From Eledone cirrhosa (lineage: Eukaryota), in assembly GCA_964016885.1 (NCBI GenBank), contig OZ024746.1, forward strand, positions 87,172,001-87,236,000: DNA of 64,000 bases, read 5' to 3'. The notes under the pieces were generated by a model that saw only the letters and a list, made by a program, of their open reading frames with translations, did no database searches and was not told where the DNA came from. This document shows, piece after piece, positions 27,563 to 44,376 of the stretch; position 1 is the stretch's first letter; each line of letters starts with the position of its first letter. A program made the translations under genes and the position numbers.

Positions 27563-27714
27563 TTACCCACTCTACTACCCTAAGTATTGAGTACTTTGGT
27601 GCGTTATGGTCCACCTGGTTCCTTGCCACATTTCCTTCGTTATATATATATATATATAAGTATTTCTATACCTTTCATTTATATATATATACACAATATG
27701 TTGAAAAGGTAACA

Positions 27715-28092
27715 CACTAAAGAGTGATAGTGCGCCATCAATAAAACAGGGTAAGCTACCGGTGTATGTAATCTATAATCCATAGAAGGCAGGGTAGGCA
27801 CACAATTAAAAATATAAATTAACGTGTATATACGCACCTCTTAACTATATAACACACGTGTACAAATCCAACGAGATCTGTTTCGCCAGGAAGTTGTTGA
27901 CTGACATGGAACAGCCTATGGTTCATCAGCGCGTGCAAGACTATACATTACAGACACCTCTAAGAGAGTTTAAAGCTCTAGTCTGTTACCTTTTCAACAT
28001 ATTGTATTTTAAAGAACTCAGGATTAATTTTCCTTTCAGCACATTATTAACAGGGAATAACGAGGGACTATGGCTCCGTTAATTTATCGTGT
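27715..28092 (-). repeat. pLTR-like repeat shared with 45375-46140, with a degenerate HHR at 27866-27933
   Basis: Shared blocks gccatcaataaaacaggg and ggaataacgag..gctatggctccgttaatttatcgtg. Minus strand reads CTGATGA...cctggc-GAAA-cagatctcgtt. Confidence 0.6.
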
Positions 28093-28099
28093 TGTATGT

Positions 28100-28682
28100 A
28101 TATATAAGTATGTATGTATACGTACATACATATATGTATACAGACGTACAGTAGTATGTATATATATACATACATGCACACATATATATATATGCAGGTA
28201 TCGGTTTACCGAACATTTATTATAATGCTTAGTTTGTTTGTTTGTAAACAAACAGCCCGAATTGCGCCGTACTATGTTTAGGCAACCACGTCACCTTTTT
28301 GTTCAACACTGACACAGGAACGATGTACTAGTGTCAAGCTTATTAGCTATCGTCAGCATCGTATACCTTCCTGCCAGATGGCTGAACGTCTGAAAGTATA
28401 TAATTTCCTTATGCATATTAACGGCTGAGCAGCCTAATTTGCATATCGAGTGAGTTCAGTCGGACGGGCACACCGAAAACGATAAATGGAATAGAAGGAA
28501 ACGAAATTTCATTTCTCACTTTTAGTACGGCACTTACTTAAATGTAAGTATGTATGTATGTATACGTACATACATATATGTATACAAATGTACAGTAGTA
28601 TGTATATGCATACATACTTACATTTAAGTAAGTGCCGTTATAAGAGTGAGAAATGAAATTTCGTTTCATTCTATTCCATTTA
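28100..28682 (-). mobile_element. Dispersed copy of the ~430-bp HHR repeat with a terminal inversion
   Basis: Same unit as 41845-44207. HHR at 28321-28361 (minus) has GAAA changed to GACA. An inverted segment lies at ~28600-28682. Confidence 0.8.
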
Positions 28683-28718
28683 TGTATATATCTATCTATG
28701 TACATATATAAATATATG

Positions 28719-28751
<33 letters not shown>

Positions 28752-28770
28752 GTATATATAAATATATATG

Positions 28771-28844
<74 letters not shown>

Positions 28845-28891
28845 TGTATACGTATATATATGTATATATGTATATATATATGTGTATATAT

Positions 28892-28980
<89 letters not shown>

Positions 28981-28985
28981 CATAT

Positions 28986-29150
<165 letters not shown>

Positions 29151-29164
29151 GAAATTATGAAAAT

Positions 29165-29655
29165 ATGAAAATAAAACAAAGAAGCCTTCAATACATCAAA
29201 GGTCTTTATTAGCCAACAATGTTTCGTCCTATTAAGGACTCATCAGGGCAATCAAAACTACAAGAAGCACTATCGGCCAATACAAGCCGAAAACACCGAA
29301 GAATATGGAGTGTACATACACTAAAGTATTGGAAGATTATGGGTAAAAATATATAATAAAAATCACTAAGGAGGTGGATAACATTTTGAACCATATTACA
29401 AATATAGTCCAAAGCAAAAAAAGGTGGTTATATAGAGCGGGAATTATAGTACTATATGTAATACAATATAATATAATATAATCTTCCAATACTTTAGTGT
29501 ATGTACACTCCATATTCTTCGGAGTTTTCGGCTTGTATTGGCCGATAGTGCTTCTTGTAGTTTTGATTGCGCTGATGAGTCCTTAATAGGACGAAACATT
29601 GTTGGCTAATAAAGACTTTTGATGTATTGAAGGCTTCTTTGTTTTATTTTCATAA
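29165..29655. repeat. Inverted pLTR pair (~175-bp arms) with a canonical minimal HHR
   Basis: Minus 29208-29252: attgcc-CTGATGA-gtcct-taat-aggac-GAAA-cattgt-T-ggctaat. Plus copy 29566-29610 has gcg in place of gcc in stem I. Confidence 0.85.
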
Positions 29656-29756
29656 TTCTTCGGCTCTGTTTAATTACATTGAGCTATACCTTTTACTGTC
29701 ATTTCTATAATACGAAGAGGGTGTTTAACTCCAACACGCTCCAGTATTTTAATCCT

Positions 29757-29788
<32 letters not shown>

Positions 29789-30149
29789 CATATATATATA
29801 TAATTAGATGATAGTCTTTTCAGATCCATGTAAAACAAGTTATTTAACTAATACATATGATGTTACTATAGAGTTAAGAGTGCAACAGCATTGACGTCAA
29901 TGGAAGACGACATAAATAGCCTGGGAGAAAAATGCAAATGTATGTGAATATCTTACATATAAAATGTAATCATCGAGCATACAAAAAATAAAAAGGGAAA
30001 ACGGTACATTTTCTTCTAAAAAAATACTGTATTCATATTTCGAATCACAATGTTCTCTCCATACATATATATATACATGCACACACAGACACGCACGCAG
30101 ATATATATATATAGAGAGAGTGTGAGAGAGAAAGAGAGAGAGAGAGAGT

Positions 30150-30245
<96 letters not shown>

Positions 30246-31638
30246 TACACACACGTACACACAAGATTTATAACCCAAACCACCCCTCTCTATTGAATCT
30301 ACACCAATCCACAAAGCCTTGTCGCTCTATGACCGGTTAACGTCTCTCCGCACATGAAAGTTCCCCCTCATGAGGAGATCAGCGATTAGAAACGACTAAG
30401 AAGAAATGAGGGGACAGATTTTTCAACTGCGATATTGCGGATAATGTTAGTGCCGTTACTAAACATTAGACTAGTAATGTTTTTGAAACATCTTGTCTAT
30501 TTGAATAGAAATTTTGGGAGGAAAAACTTATCCATTACGTCAAAACGTGAATCTAGAGCTGCCTTTTAAGGTGTTGGGATTGCAGATTCTTTGTCGACTA
30601 ATCAAGACCGGAGAGCTTGAAGTCGTTCATCATTATTAAGTTACCAGGATGGCACTGCTGGGCAGATACTTTTCTGAAAGCATAGTAGAGTTGATTGGGT
30701 GGTCTAAAGACCCAATCTGTTAAATGAATGTCTTTACTGTGTACAGAAACTGATTAACAACATCAATTGGAGAAATTTGTGTCTGCCGCAAAAGAATCAC
30801 GTACAGAAATGTCCGGTCTCATTAAGCATAAAGAAAGAGATGTGGTGTAGATGGTTGGAAACACACTCCTCAATGAATTGGATCTTCTACCTTTGTTCAT
30901 TTGTGGAAGGCAGTCTTGTACATTAAACCAAACTTTTAAAGCAAGAACAATAGTTGGTTTTAACTGCTTCAGTTGTATTGGATTTGTTTGTCAATGATTT
31001 ATTGGAAGATGAGTAAATGAACACATGCGATTACGTTGGGAATATCAATATATTTTAGGATTCCATATTGCATGTGGGTGCTTTTAACTCTGATTTACTA
31101 TTTGGTAATGGCGGTGATGTTATGATATAGGATAAGGTTTCACACTAGCTGGTGTTGTTCTAATGAAACAGGTGCAGTTTTCCCGGTTTGGGATTTGAAG
31201 TAGCGCAGTATATATAACCAATCGCGTAGTGAATACCGCCATATTTTAGGGGTTTTGTGTGCAGTGGGGCAGGCGGATGGTACTTCATAGGTTTCAGTTT
31301 GTGAAGTATGTGAGGGGTGTGGTGGTGTCAGGTGATACTTCATAGTTTGTGTACGTTAGGAAAATTTCTCTTGGACCTGTGAGGTATGGATTTAGATTGA
31401 GACTGAGAGAGAGATGAAAAAGAAGAGAGAACTGGTTCGTGCCTAATTAGTGTGGTAGGCATGGTAGTAGGATTAGTAGCATAACAATGAGGAGTATTTA
31501 ATCTCATGAGATAATTTGCGATATTGGTAAATATGTATAGCTGGAATATGAAGAAACAGTGTTAGGCATGATTGTTTCATTTAATAGGCCAGCAATTATC
31601 CCAGTGCATTACTGGCACTTTATCTTATCGACCCAGTA

Positions 31639-33758
<2,120 letters not shown>

Positions 33759-33828
33759 CTGAAGGCATATCATATATATATATCGTTTCTGAATTTGTTT
33801 AGCAACATGACCCTCCCAAAGTATAACA

Positions 33829-33909
<81 letters not shown>

Positions 33910-33913
33910 CATA

Positions 33914-33945
<32 letters not shown>

Positions 33946-33949
33946 CATA

Positions 33950-34140
<191 letters not shown>

Positions 34141-34165
34141 GTATATATACATACACATATGAATG

Positions 34166-34197
<32 letters not shown>

Positions 34198-34884
34198 CGA
34201 GCATGTGTGCGTGCTGTACGTTCTGAAGGTAGCGTGTGATCTTTTTAAGTACTTGTACAATACGTGACTTATTCGCCTTTAACATTTTCAATTAACAACC
34301 AGATTCAATAACCTTCGCAGGAAATGTTAACTACGCACTCTGGCGATTTTCTAATTACCTTTTATTTCGCTTTCCATATTTCGCTTACTCCATAAACATA
34401 TTAAGTGTACTTTGTAATCAAATTTGTGGATTTATCTTAGTGAGAAAATACACGTCTCAATACATTTACTGATATCACCATCACATATCTTGTAATACGC
34501 TCATTGTAGGCGCCCACTTCTATGTGTAATTATCGAGATATATTCACCAACGAATCTGTTGGCAAAATGGAATTTCCGCTTTTTATATCAATAATGTAAA
34601 CTAATCTAATAGCATCAATTCTACACCCAAAATATAGTGGCGTATTTCGGAAGAGCAATATCATATATGTACTCTGAGTATTTCATGTGCTTTCAATACA
34701 CTTTCTTGAATGGTACCCCCATATATGCTTAGAATTAATGAAGCCTACTTCATGCTAAATGACAATAATTATCTGTCACATTCATTTAGCTTTTATGAAT
34801 GACATTAAACTTAGTTTAACTAACTTCAACAGTTCACTTTACATTAAAAGGCTTTCCACAATGAACAAATTCTGTCAGTTTATG

Positions 34885-35029
34885 TATTATTATTTATGTA
34901 TTTGGCACAAACCAGGAATTATTCCAGTTCATTACTGGTACTTTATTTTATCGACCCCGTAAGGATGAAAGGCAAAGTCAACCTCGGCGGGATTTGAACT
35001 CAGATCGTAAAGGGACGTAACTATGCTGG
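34885..35029 (-). mobile_element. 5'-truncated tRNA-derived SINE
   Basis: Reverse complement of the SINE core and B box (ggatttgaactcag). Confidence 0.88.
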
Positions 35030-36368
35030 GATTTGCGCTATAGTTTGTAGCAGTTGATCTTCCTTGAGTATATGTTTGGACAGTTGGCAGGTCAAGTATT
35101 TTAGTTAAGCATTCATCCTATGCATCTTTCAATGTTTCAATGGAGGTCCGTTTTGTATTTCTGATTTTTTAGGTAAGCCTTTCGATATACGAAGCTATCT
35201 TATTACCTGACTGGTACAATGAAATGTTCTCTATCGCAATTTCAAAGTTGGAATGTTTGAAGACTTACAGTGTCTAAATATTATTCGTGCATTGAATCTC
35301 TCTTTAATGCTGTAGATTTTAAAATGACTTTCCATGAGTTCCTCCCTTATGTATAGAACAATACATCTCTCTCTTCTCTCAAGAGAGTAAATATGCAGAA
35401 CTTCTAGTCGTTCCCAGTAATTAGGACCTTGGGAAAGAAGTTATTTTACGAGTCGGTGTTCTTTGTAACTCATTAATTTATTCTATGATAGCGGATGTGT
35501 TTGTAGACTAAAACTGTGAAGATAATCTAAACAGCTCAGAAATTGTAAATAATGTGTGTTGTGTAATGCTGAGCTGTAAATTATGATGCATTGATTTAGA
35601 TATATTCATCTACCCATTTGACAAAGGAAGTTTAGTTTAATTTTGGATTGTTACGGCATTATCTGAAGTGTGGGTAGCTATCGATATACATGTGTAAATC
35701 GGCGCAAATCGTACGGTTGCCCGAATGTAATAGTGAACATATGCCCGTGAGGTGATGATAAGCATTAATCGTCCTAGTAACATACCCCGAGTTATACCAA
35801 TTATTTCAAGTGATTTGGCAGAGAGAATATTGGTAGCCAAAGAACCATTCTCCAAGTTTACCCGTGATACAGATATTCCCTATCTATGACATATGAATCC
35901 AGGCTAATTTAAACTATGGCGGGTGATTCCTTGGCACCTTTATCTCAGAGAGATAAATACATGGTCAATCTTGTTAACAGATTAGCAACATCCATGTGTA
36001 TATAATCAGTGTATATTATATTTAAAATATTATTGACGATAATGTTATGGTGCAATAATGGATGTGTTAAACTACACCTTGGCCGCAAACCATGCTGAGT
36101 ATCCCCTATGTGTTTGTTTTCCTCACTGAATGTAATTATACTTTTTCGAAGAAAATATTCTAAAGTTTTAGGTGTGGAAGATGTGAGAAAAAGATGTCTG
36201 TAATATTTAGCTTTAGCTCTGCTTTGACCATTTTGGTTAAGTGTTACTGTTGCTATTTAAATACGTAATTCCAAGCTGAATATCACCCTCAGGCCAAACT
36301 GAATTTCGGAAGATAAAAGTCTACTGTTAAAAGTATATTAGCCTTTGGTCTAGTATTAAATAGGAATA

Positions 36369-36562
36369 GGCGGTGGATTGGCAGTATCGGTAGAGGATTG
36401 GACACCATGCTTTGACGCATAGAGTTACGGCCCTTGCCATTCTGAATTAAAATACCGCCGAGGTTAACTTTGTCTTTCATCCTTATGGGGTCGATACAAT
36501 AAAGTACCAGTAATGTACTAGGTAATTGCTGGCCTTGTGCCAAAAGTAGAAACAAATAATTA
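36369..36562 (+). mobile_element. tRNA-derived SINE
   Basis: ggcggtggattggcagtatcgg...cttatggggtcgatacaataaagtaccag...agtagaaac. Confidence 0.88.
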
Positions 36563-36912
36563 GGGATTGACTAATGACAAACAAAACATCCTTGAAATGA
36601 TCTTTGTAATTAAACACATCAGGACTACGCTTCGATAAGGAATATAATAAAATTGAGGTTAATCAGATGCATTACTAGATTAAGAGTGTATCTCGCTCTG
36701 TATTAGAGTGGTAGTAGATGATATGTATTTCTTGATCACCATGGCTATAGATTCCTACCTGTTTTATATTTCTGTCATCGTCATAGAAAAACTAAGCATA
36801 TGATTCGGTGTAAGAAGAAATAATAATATAGCAACACAATAAGTGCCATGAAGAATACATATGTAGTTGAAATGTTATTATTTTAACATACAATACAGAT
36901 ACATAATAGACA

Positions 36913-37003
36913 GTTAACTCACACTTTGATGGAAACTCATATATACATAAATGCATAAATACATACACACACACATGCACACACACACACACACCCACCC
37001 ACC

Positions 37004-37051
<48 letters not shown>

Positions 37052-37126
37052 TGTGTGTCTGTATGTGTGTGTATGTATGTATTTATGCATTTATGTATAT
37101 ATGAGTTTCCATCGGAGTGTGAGTTA
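36913..37126. repeat. Foldback inverted repeat around a (CA)n(TA)n(TG)n core
   Basis: ttaactcacactttgatggaaactcatatatacataaatgcataaatac and its inverse ending gtgtgagttaa. Confidence 0.75.
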
Positions 37127-37130
37127 ATAT

Positions 37131-37206
<76 letters not shown>

Positions 37207-37398
37207 ACAGGGAGAAAGAGACGATTATTATGACGAAAAATATATTTTTTTCCTTTTTTATTTCTTTCTCTCTTTTTCTTCGGTTAGGAATTGATTAAAA
37301 CGAAATGTTTTACTTTGTGTGAAGTGTTAAGGTATTAGTTGATTTATTTATTAATTAACAATGGCATTTATTTATCTATTTATATATTTAATAATTGT

Positions 37399-37437
37399 CT
37401 AGTACCGGTTTCAGCATGTTTATGCATTATCAAATGA
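37399..37437 (-). ncRNA. Minimal HHR-like motif, U3-A8 core, poor stem I
   Basis: Minus strand: TTGATAA-t-gcat-aaac-atgc-t-GAAA-ccggt-A; palindromic helix III (accggt). Confidence 0.45.
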
Positions 37438-37669
37438 TAGTGATATGTATTGGCGTAGAATGGTGGTGTTGCACATGTTAAAGAACTGGTGCAGAAAGAA
37501 TAATTTGTGATTTATTGACTGTCATACTTTGTCGGAGGCCGTTTTTTGTCTGTCCTATGTAGTGCTCTTGACAACTTGAGCAGGTCAAAACATAGATTAG
37601 ATTTTCAGATGCCCATGTAGAGTTGTGTTTAACTGTGAAATGTTGTCCTTGTTTAAAATGGAATGTTGA

Positions 37670-38379
37670 TCCTCATCAGATGAAATAAATTGATGTCTGA
37701 CATACCTCAACAGCACAGTATCTCTGAAATATATATAATAAAATATATTTGATCACATGAATGTCTATATTTATTAATATTTTAAATTAATATTATTAAC
37801 TCCAGAAAACTTCAATGCTGAGTGCTTCTAAACTATTGTAAAAATATATTCATTGATATATATATATACATTAATTCAAAATATTAATAAATATAGACAT
37901 TCATGTGATCAAATATATGTTATTATGTATATTTCAGAGGCCGTGAATTGGCAGTATCGGTGGAGGGTCGGATATGTTTTCCAGCATAGTCCCTTTACGA
38001 TCTGAGTTCAATTCCTGCCGAGGTTAACTTTGCCTTTCATCCTTAAGGGGTCGATAAAATAAAGTACCAGTAATGTACTGATTTAATTGTTGGCCTTGTG
38101 CCAAAAAGTAGAAACAATTATATATATTTCAGAGGTACTGTGCTGTTTCCTCTGTACGTCCTCATCAGATAACATAAATTGATGTCTGACATACCTTAAC
38201 AGCACAGTACCTCTGAAATATATATAATAAAATATATTTGATCACATGAATGTCTATATTTTATTTATTAATATTTAGAATTAATATTAATAACTCCAGA
38301 AAACTTCAATATTAAGTGCTTCTAATCTATTGAAAAACTATATTAATTGATTAATAAATGAACCTTGTTTAACCTTTGG

Positions 38380-38380
<1 letters not shown>
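37670..38380. repeat. Tandem and inverted pLTR-like repeats, also seen at 26340-26500, with an HHR at 38117-38172 (minus)
   Basis: Direct repeat 37670-37856 / 38160-38350 and an inverted piece 37870-38145. HHR: ttat-CTGATGA-ggacgtac...gtacctct-GAAA-tatatat-A-at. Confidence 0.7.
37941..38116 (+). mobile_element. tRNA-derived SINE inserted into an HHR, 19-bp TSD
   Basis: TSD attat(g/a)tatatttcagagg at 37922-37940 and 38117-38135. Confidence 0.88.
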
Positions 38381-38449
<69 letters not shown>

Positions 38450-38639
38450 CAGATTAGAGCAAACATCACGAGCGCTCTATCTCAAAATTATTTTTGAAAA
38501 GCATTAGAAATGCTCAACCGGTAAAAACTGAAAACTAAAACTGAATACTAACCAAAACTTATTACTAATTTATACTTATTCCTAATTAAACTATTTTTCA
38601 CTGGGAAAAATTTGTCAGCATTTTCTTTTCCTTTTACTA

Positions 38640-38675
<36 letters not shown>

Positions 38676-38689
38676 TTCTAGGGCGGATA

Positions 38690-39111
38690 AAGTTCCGAGA
38701 TCCATGGACGAGTTCTTTCTAGCGGTCTCTGTCCCTCATTATCGCTGCCATGTCCTGCGTCTCCAACAGACCAGTGTCTGTCATTAGGGCATCAACATAC
38801 GTTAACCTTGGTTTTCCTCTTCCCGTGTGTCCATGTAGGGGCTCCCACAGGAGCACTGAGTGCAATGTCAACTCTGGATGCCGGTGAGCATGTCCAGCTA
38901 ACCACAGTATCCTCTGTGTCACTTTTGAGCTCACTTTGGGGAGGATCCCATGCAACTCTGAGTTTTTCATCCACAGTGTACACTGATGAATGTTCAGAGC
39001 CATCCTCAGCATTATTGTGTAGCACCCATCCACCATCTGAGTGAGTTTCTTGGTCAGTGTCCAAGTCTCAGAACCGTACAGCAGCATATACTCCACTACA
39101 GCAAACAGCAA
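38690..39111 (-). mobile_element. 3' fragment of an RTE-like LINE ORF2
   Basis: LLYGSETWTLT...MLRMALNI...LAGH...LLWEP...GRGKPRLTYVD. Confidence 0.8.
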
Positions 39112-39706
39112 TGAAGAGGGGGATTTTCAGGTCTTTACGAAGGTCCGACTGCCAGACCGATCTCAAGTATATATATACTTGGGTCCACAACAGTTAGTTC
39201 ACCATACCGAGACTAACTGTTATGGATCAATTTCTACCGAACTCGTCCATTGGACTGAGTGCTCTACTACTACGGATATAACCCACCAGTGTTCTACTAT
39301 TATATATATATATATACATATATATATGCATACCAGTACACGCACATTTGATGTGTTACAATGTCAAGAGCAAATATGTCAGGAAAGACTGAATTTTTCT
39401 ATGATAGAATATTAGCCGAATATTAGATTGGTGTCGTTATCTAGGTTTCGTTATAAACACTTTGCATCAAATCGTTGTATTTACGGGCGAGTAGCTAAAC
39501 ATTGATAAGGCTGAATGTCTATGATGATGTGCATGCCTCTGCGGAATTAGTGTAGCCTGCATTGTAACATTTTACATAACCATATGATTCAGAGTCCCAA
39601 TGATAATGAGCATCTGTCAGGTTTGTGGAAGAGCCTTTATGCAGCTCAAATAGTCAGCCATATTTCAAATATGTTGCATCCTTATAATAATGACATATGT
39701 CCAATT

Positions 39707-40104
<398 letters not shown>

Positions 40105-41051
40105 TATATGCATAACAACACACAAATATACGTATAGACAGCCATGCTTGTATCGTTAAAGAAGATCTCTCGCCATAACCAATTTGTTCCAGATTCAAAT
40201 CCAATGCGTAGAAAATCCTGCTAATGTCTTATACTGCAAATATACAAGTGCGTTCGAATAAGTAATTTGGAAACGACGAACGCAAATCATAACTAGGGAA
40301 CTTTAAAATAACTAGCTAAGTTTTATGAGTGTTATTATAGATTCATATCTTTTACGAGATCAAATCATATATGCGTGGCCTGGATGTAATATTAGTATAC
40401 ATACTTACATGAGAGAGATGAAAAACTAAGCAGCGTTTCTCATTGTAAGTAATAATATAATTATACGAATTATATGAATGGAATAAAATAACCAAATAGG
40501 TTGAAAACAAGTAATTTTGCAAAAGCAAACAAATAAAAACATTTATCTATAAATTGAAAATATTTGCCCCGGGGAATATGAATTTCAATATATGCAGATG
40601 CATACTTTGGAAGAGCCTTTATAATATAAGTTTACATTGCGTTAAATATAATGCAAGGATGTAAGAAGAATAATGCACACCGCGTTAAAATTATCTTTCC
40701 AATATTGATTTGGAATCATTTTTATAGTAAACAACAGAGTATAGTTATAATAATGAATATGAAGTTTTCCATAATTCAGTTAATTATATAATATATTATT
40801 ATACGTATTTCCGTGGTGCCTGCTGTTATTACACAACTACACTATCAAGAATTCATTGTTAATCAGGACACGACTATTTCAGGCATATGTTTGAAGTAAA
40901 CGTTGAATGTTTCTCATATTATTGACAAGAGCTTACCTGTATATTCCTAATATAAGACACGTGTTAGATGTTCTAAGAATTGCAATTAAATCCAGAAGAA
41001 ATTTTGTGGAATGTGACCTTTTAACTGCATAAGTTTGTGAGTATGTATAAT

Positions 41052-41158
<107 letters not shown>

Positions 41159-41231
41159 ATAAGTGTGTATGCACACACGAACACCGACAATCCTACGCAT
41201 ACGTAACAGGCACACACAAAATACACCCAAC

Positions 41232-41280
<49 letters not shown>

Positions 41281-41283
<3 letters not shown>

Positions 41284-41582
41284 GAGGTTATATTTAATTT
41301 GTTGGGATACAACAAGCAAAATATTTTTATAACTGATATAAAGCACGCAACAAATTATTGGAGTAAATACACAATATATTAACAAATGGAAATTATATTT
41401 ATAAAACCATATTTATTTCATTATACATATTTCAAGGGCCACCTGAGCAAACTATGGTGCGCTTTCATCAGATAAAATATAATATAGGTTAGTTTTATAA
41501 ATAAATATAGACATAGCCTTAAAGAATGCAACCATTCTGGTTGGAATCTCCTGGATAGTGGAGTTATTATATTAATTGTTGG
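41281..41582 (-). repeat. Solo pLTR-like element with an HHR motif (~41413-41477); same family as 46365-46790
   Basis: Minus strand: tttat-CTGATGA-aagcgcacc...ggtggccctt-GAAA-tatgtat-A-atgaaa; flanks match 46370-46580. Confidence 0.62.
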
Positions 41583-41747
41583 TATATATATATATATACA
41601 TATATATATAGATAGAGAGAGAAGGGGAGAGAGGAATAAGCAACTAGAGGCAGAGAGAAAGAGAGATAGAGAGAGAGACTCAATAAGAAGCAATTAAACA
41701 CGATGTAAATAAAATGAATCAAAATTGGATATTATCAAATTTGCATA

Positions 41748-41791
<44 letters not shown>

Positions 41792-41798
41792 TATGCAA

Positions 41799-41844
<46 letters not shown>

Positions 41845-41849
<5 letters not shown>

Positions 41850-44207
41850 AGTATGTATACGTACATACATATATGTATACAGACGTACAGTAGTATGTAT
41901 GTATATATACAAAAACATGCACACATATATATATGTACATTTATTATAATGTTCGGTTTGTTTGTAAAGAAACATCCTGAATTGAGCCGTACAGTGTTTA
42001 GCAACCATCGTTGCCATTTTGTTCAACACTGACAAAGGAACGATGTACTAGTTTCAAACGTATTTGCTCTCGCCAGCTCCGTATACCTTCCTGCCAGATG
42101 ATTGAACGTCTGAAAGTATATACTTTCCTTATTCATATTAACGGCTGAGCAGCCTAATTTGCATATCGAGTGGGTTAATCGGCAGTGCGCACCGAAAACG
42201 ATAAATGGAAAATATGAAACGAAATTTCATTTCTCACACTTAGTACGGCTGTAACTTAAATATAAGTATGTATACGTACATACATATATGTATACAGACG
42301 TACAGTAGTATGTATAGATACACATACATGCACACATATATATATGTACGTATGGATTCACCGAAAATTTATTATAATGCTCGGTTTGTCCATAAGCAAA
42401 CACCCCGAATTAAGCCGTACAGTGTTTAGCAACCATCGTTGCCCTTTTGTTCAACACTGACAAAGGAACGATGTACTATTTTCAAGCTTATTAGCTATCG
42501 TCAGCAGGTTATCTCACTCGATATGCAAATCAGGCTCCTTAGCCGTTAATATGCATAAGGAAAGTATAGACTTGCAGACGTTCAATCATCTGGCAGGAAG
42601 GTATGCGGTGCTGACGATAGCTAATAAGCTTGAAACTAGTACATCGCTTCTTTGTCAGTGTTGAACAAAAGGTCAACGATGGTTGATAAACACTGTACGG
42701 CTTAATTCGGGATGTTTGTTTACAAACAAACCGAGCATTATAATAAATCTTCGGTGAATCCATACGTACAAATATATATATATGTGTGCATGTATGTTTA
42801 TATATACCTACTACTGTACCTCCGTATACATATATGTACGTACGTATACATACTTATATTTAAGTAACAGCCGTACTAGGAGTGAGAAATGATATTTCGT
42901 TTCATTTTTTCCATTTATCGTTCTCGGTGCACCCGGCCGATAAACTCACTCGATATGCATATTAGGCAGCTCAGCCGTTAATATGCATAAGGAACTTATA
43001 TACTTTCAGACGTGAAGTCATCTGGCAGGAAGGTATACGGTGCTGACGATAGCTAATAAGCTTGAAACTAGTACATCGTTCCTTTGTCAGTGTTGAACAA
43101 AAGGGCAATAGTAGTTGCTAAACACTGTACGGCTTTTTCGGGATGTTTGTTTACAAACAAACCGAGCATTATAATGAATGTTCGATGAATCCATTCGTAC
43201 ACATATATATATATATATATGTGCATGTATGTGTATATATACATACTACTGTACGTCTGTATACATATATGTATGTACGTATACATACTTATATTTAAGT
43301 AACAGCCGTACTTAGAGTGAGCATTCACCATTCATTTCATTTTTTCCATTTATTGTTTTCGGTGCACCCGGCCGATAAACTCACTCGATATGCATATTAG
43401 GCTGCTAAGCCGTTAATATGCATAGCAAACTTGTATACTTTCAGACGTGAAGTCATCTGGCAGGAAGGTATACGGTGCTGACGATAACTAATAAGCTTGA
43501 AACTAGTACATCGTTCCTTTGTCAGTGTTGAACAAAAGAGCAACGATAGTTGCTAAACACTGTACGGCTTTTTCGGGATGTTTGTTTACAAACCAAGCAT
43601 TATAATAAATGTTCGATGAATCCATTCGTACACGTATATATATATGTGTGCATGTATGTGTATATATACATAATACTGTACGCCTGTATACATATATGTA
43701 TGTACGTATACATACTTATATTTAAGTAACAGCCGTACTTAGAGTGAGCATTCACATTTCATTTCATTTTTTCCATTTATCGTTTTCTGTGCGCCCGGCC
43801 GATTAACTCACTCGATATGCAAATTAGGCTGCACATCCGTTAATATACATAAGGGAAGTATATACTTTCAGACGTTCAATCATCTGGCAGATAGGTGTAC
43901 GGGGCTGACGATAGCTAATAAGCTTGAAACTAGTACATCTTTCCTTTGTCAGTCTTGAACAAAAGGGCAACGAATGTTGCTAAACACTGTACCGCTTATT
44001 TCGGGATGTTCGTTTACAAACGCACCGAACATTACCATAAATGTTCGGTGAATCCATACGTACATACATATATGTGTGCATGTATGTGTATATATACATA
44101 CTACTTTACGTCTGTATACATATATGTATGTACGTATACATGCTTATATTTAAGTAACAGCCGTACTAAGAGTAAGAAATGAAATTTCGTTTCATTTTTT
44201 CCATTTA
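41845..44207. mobile_element. Array of ~430-bp non-coding units, each with a type I HHR (retrozyme-like); ~1.5 units minus, then 4 units plus
   Basis: Plus HHRs at 42606-42646, 43038-43078, 43473-43513 and 43900-43940 (periods 432, 435, 427); minus HHRs at 42041-42081 and 42469-42506. Motif: cggtg-CTGACGA-t-agct-aata-agct-t-GAAA-ctagt-A-catcg. Confidence 0.88.
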
Positions 44208-44290
44208 TATATATATATACAATAATTTATGCAAAACATGCATATATATATATATATTTTAATATCTGATGATTCTAAAGACATGATTTA

Positions 44291-44376
<86 letters not shown>

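Noticed and set aside
30330-31130. Possible exon or LINE endonuclease remnant
   Set aside because: Only a weak GDFN-like trace on the minus strand and no continuous frame.
42094-42130. Possible antisense second hammerhead in the 430-bp unit (cagatg..cgtct-GAAA-gtatatact)
   Set aside because: No CUGANGA-like core or stem I; it is only a hairpin plus a palindrome.
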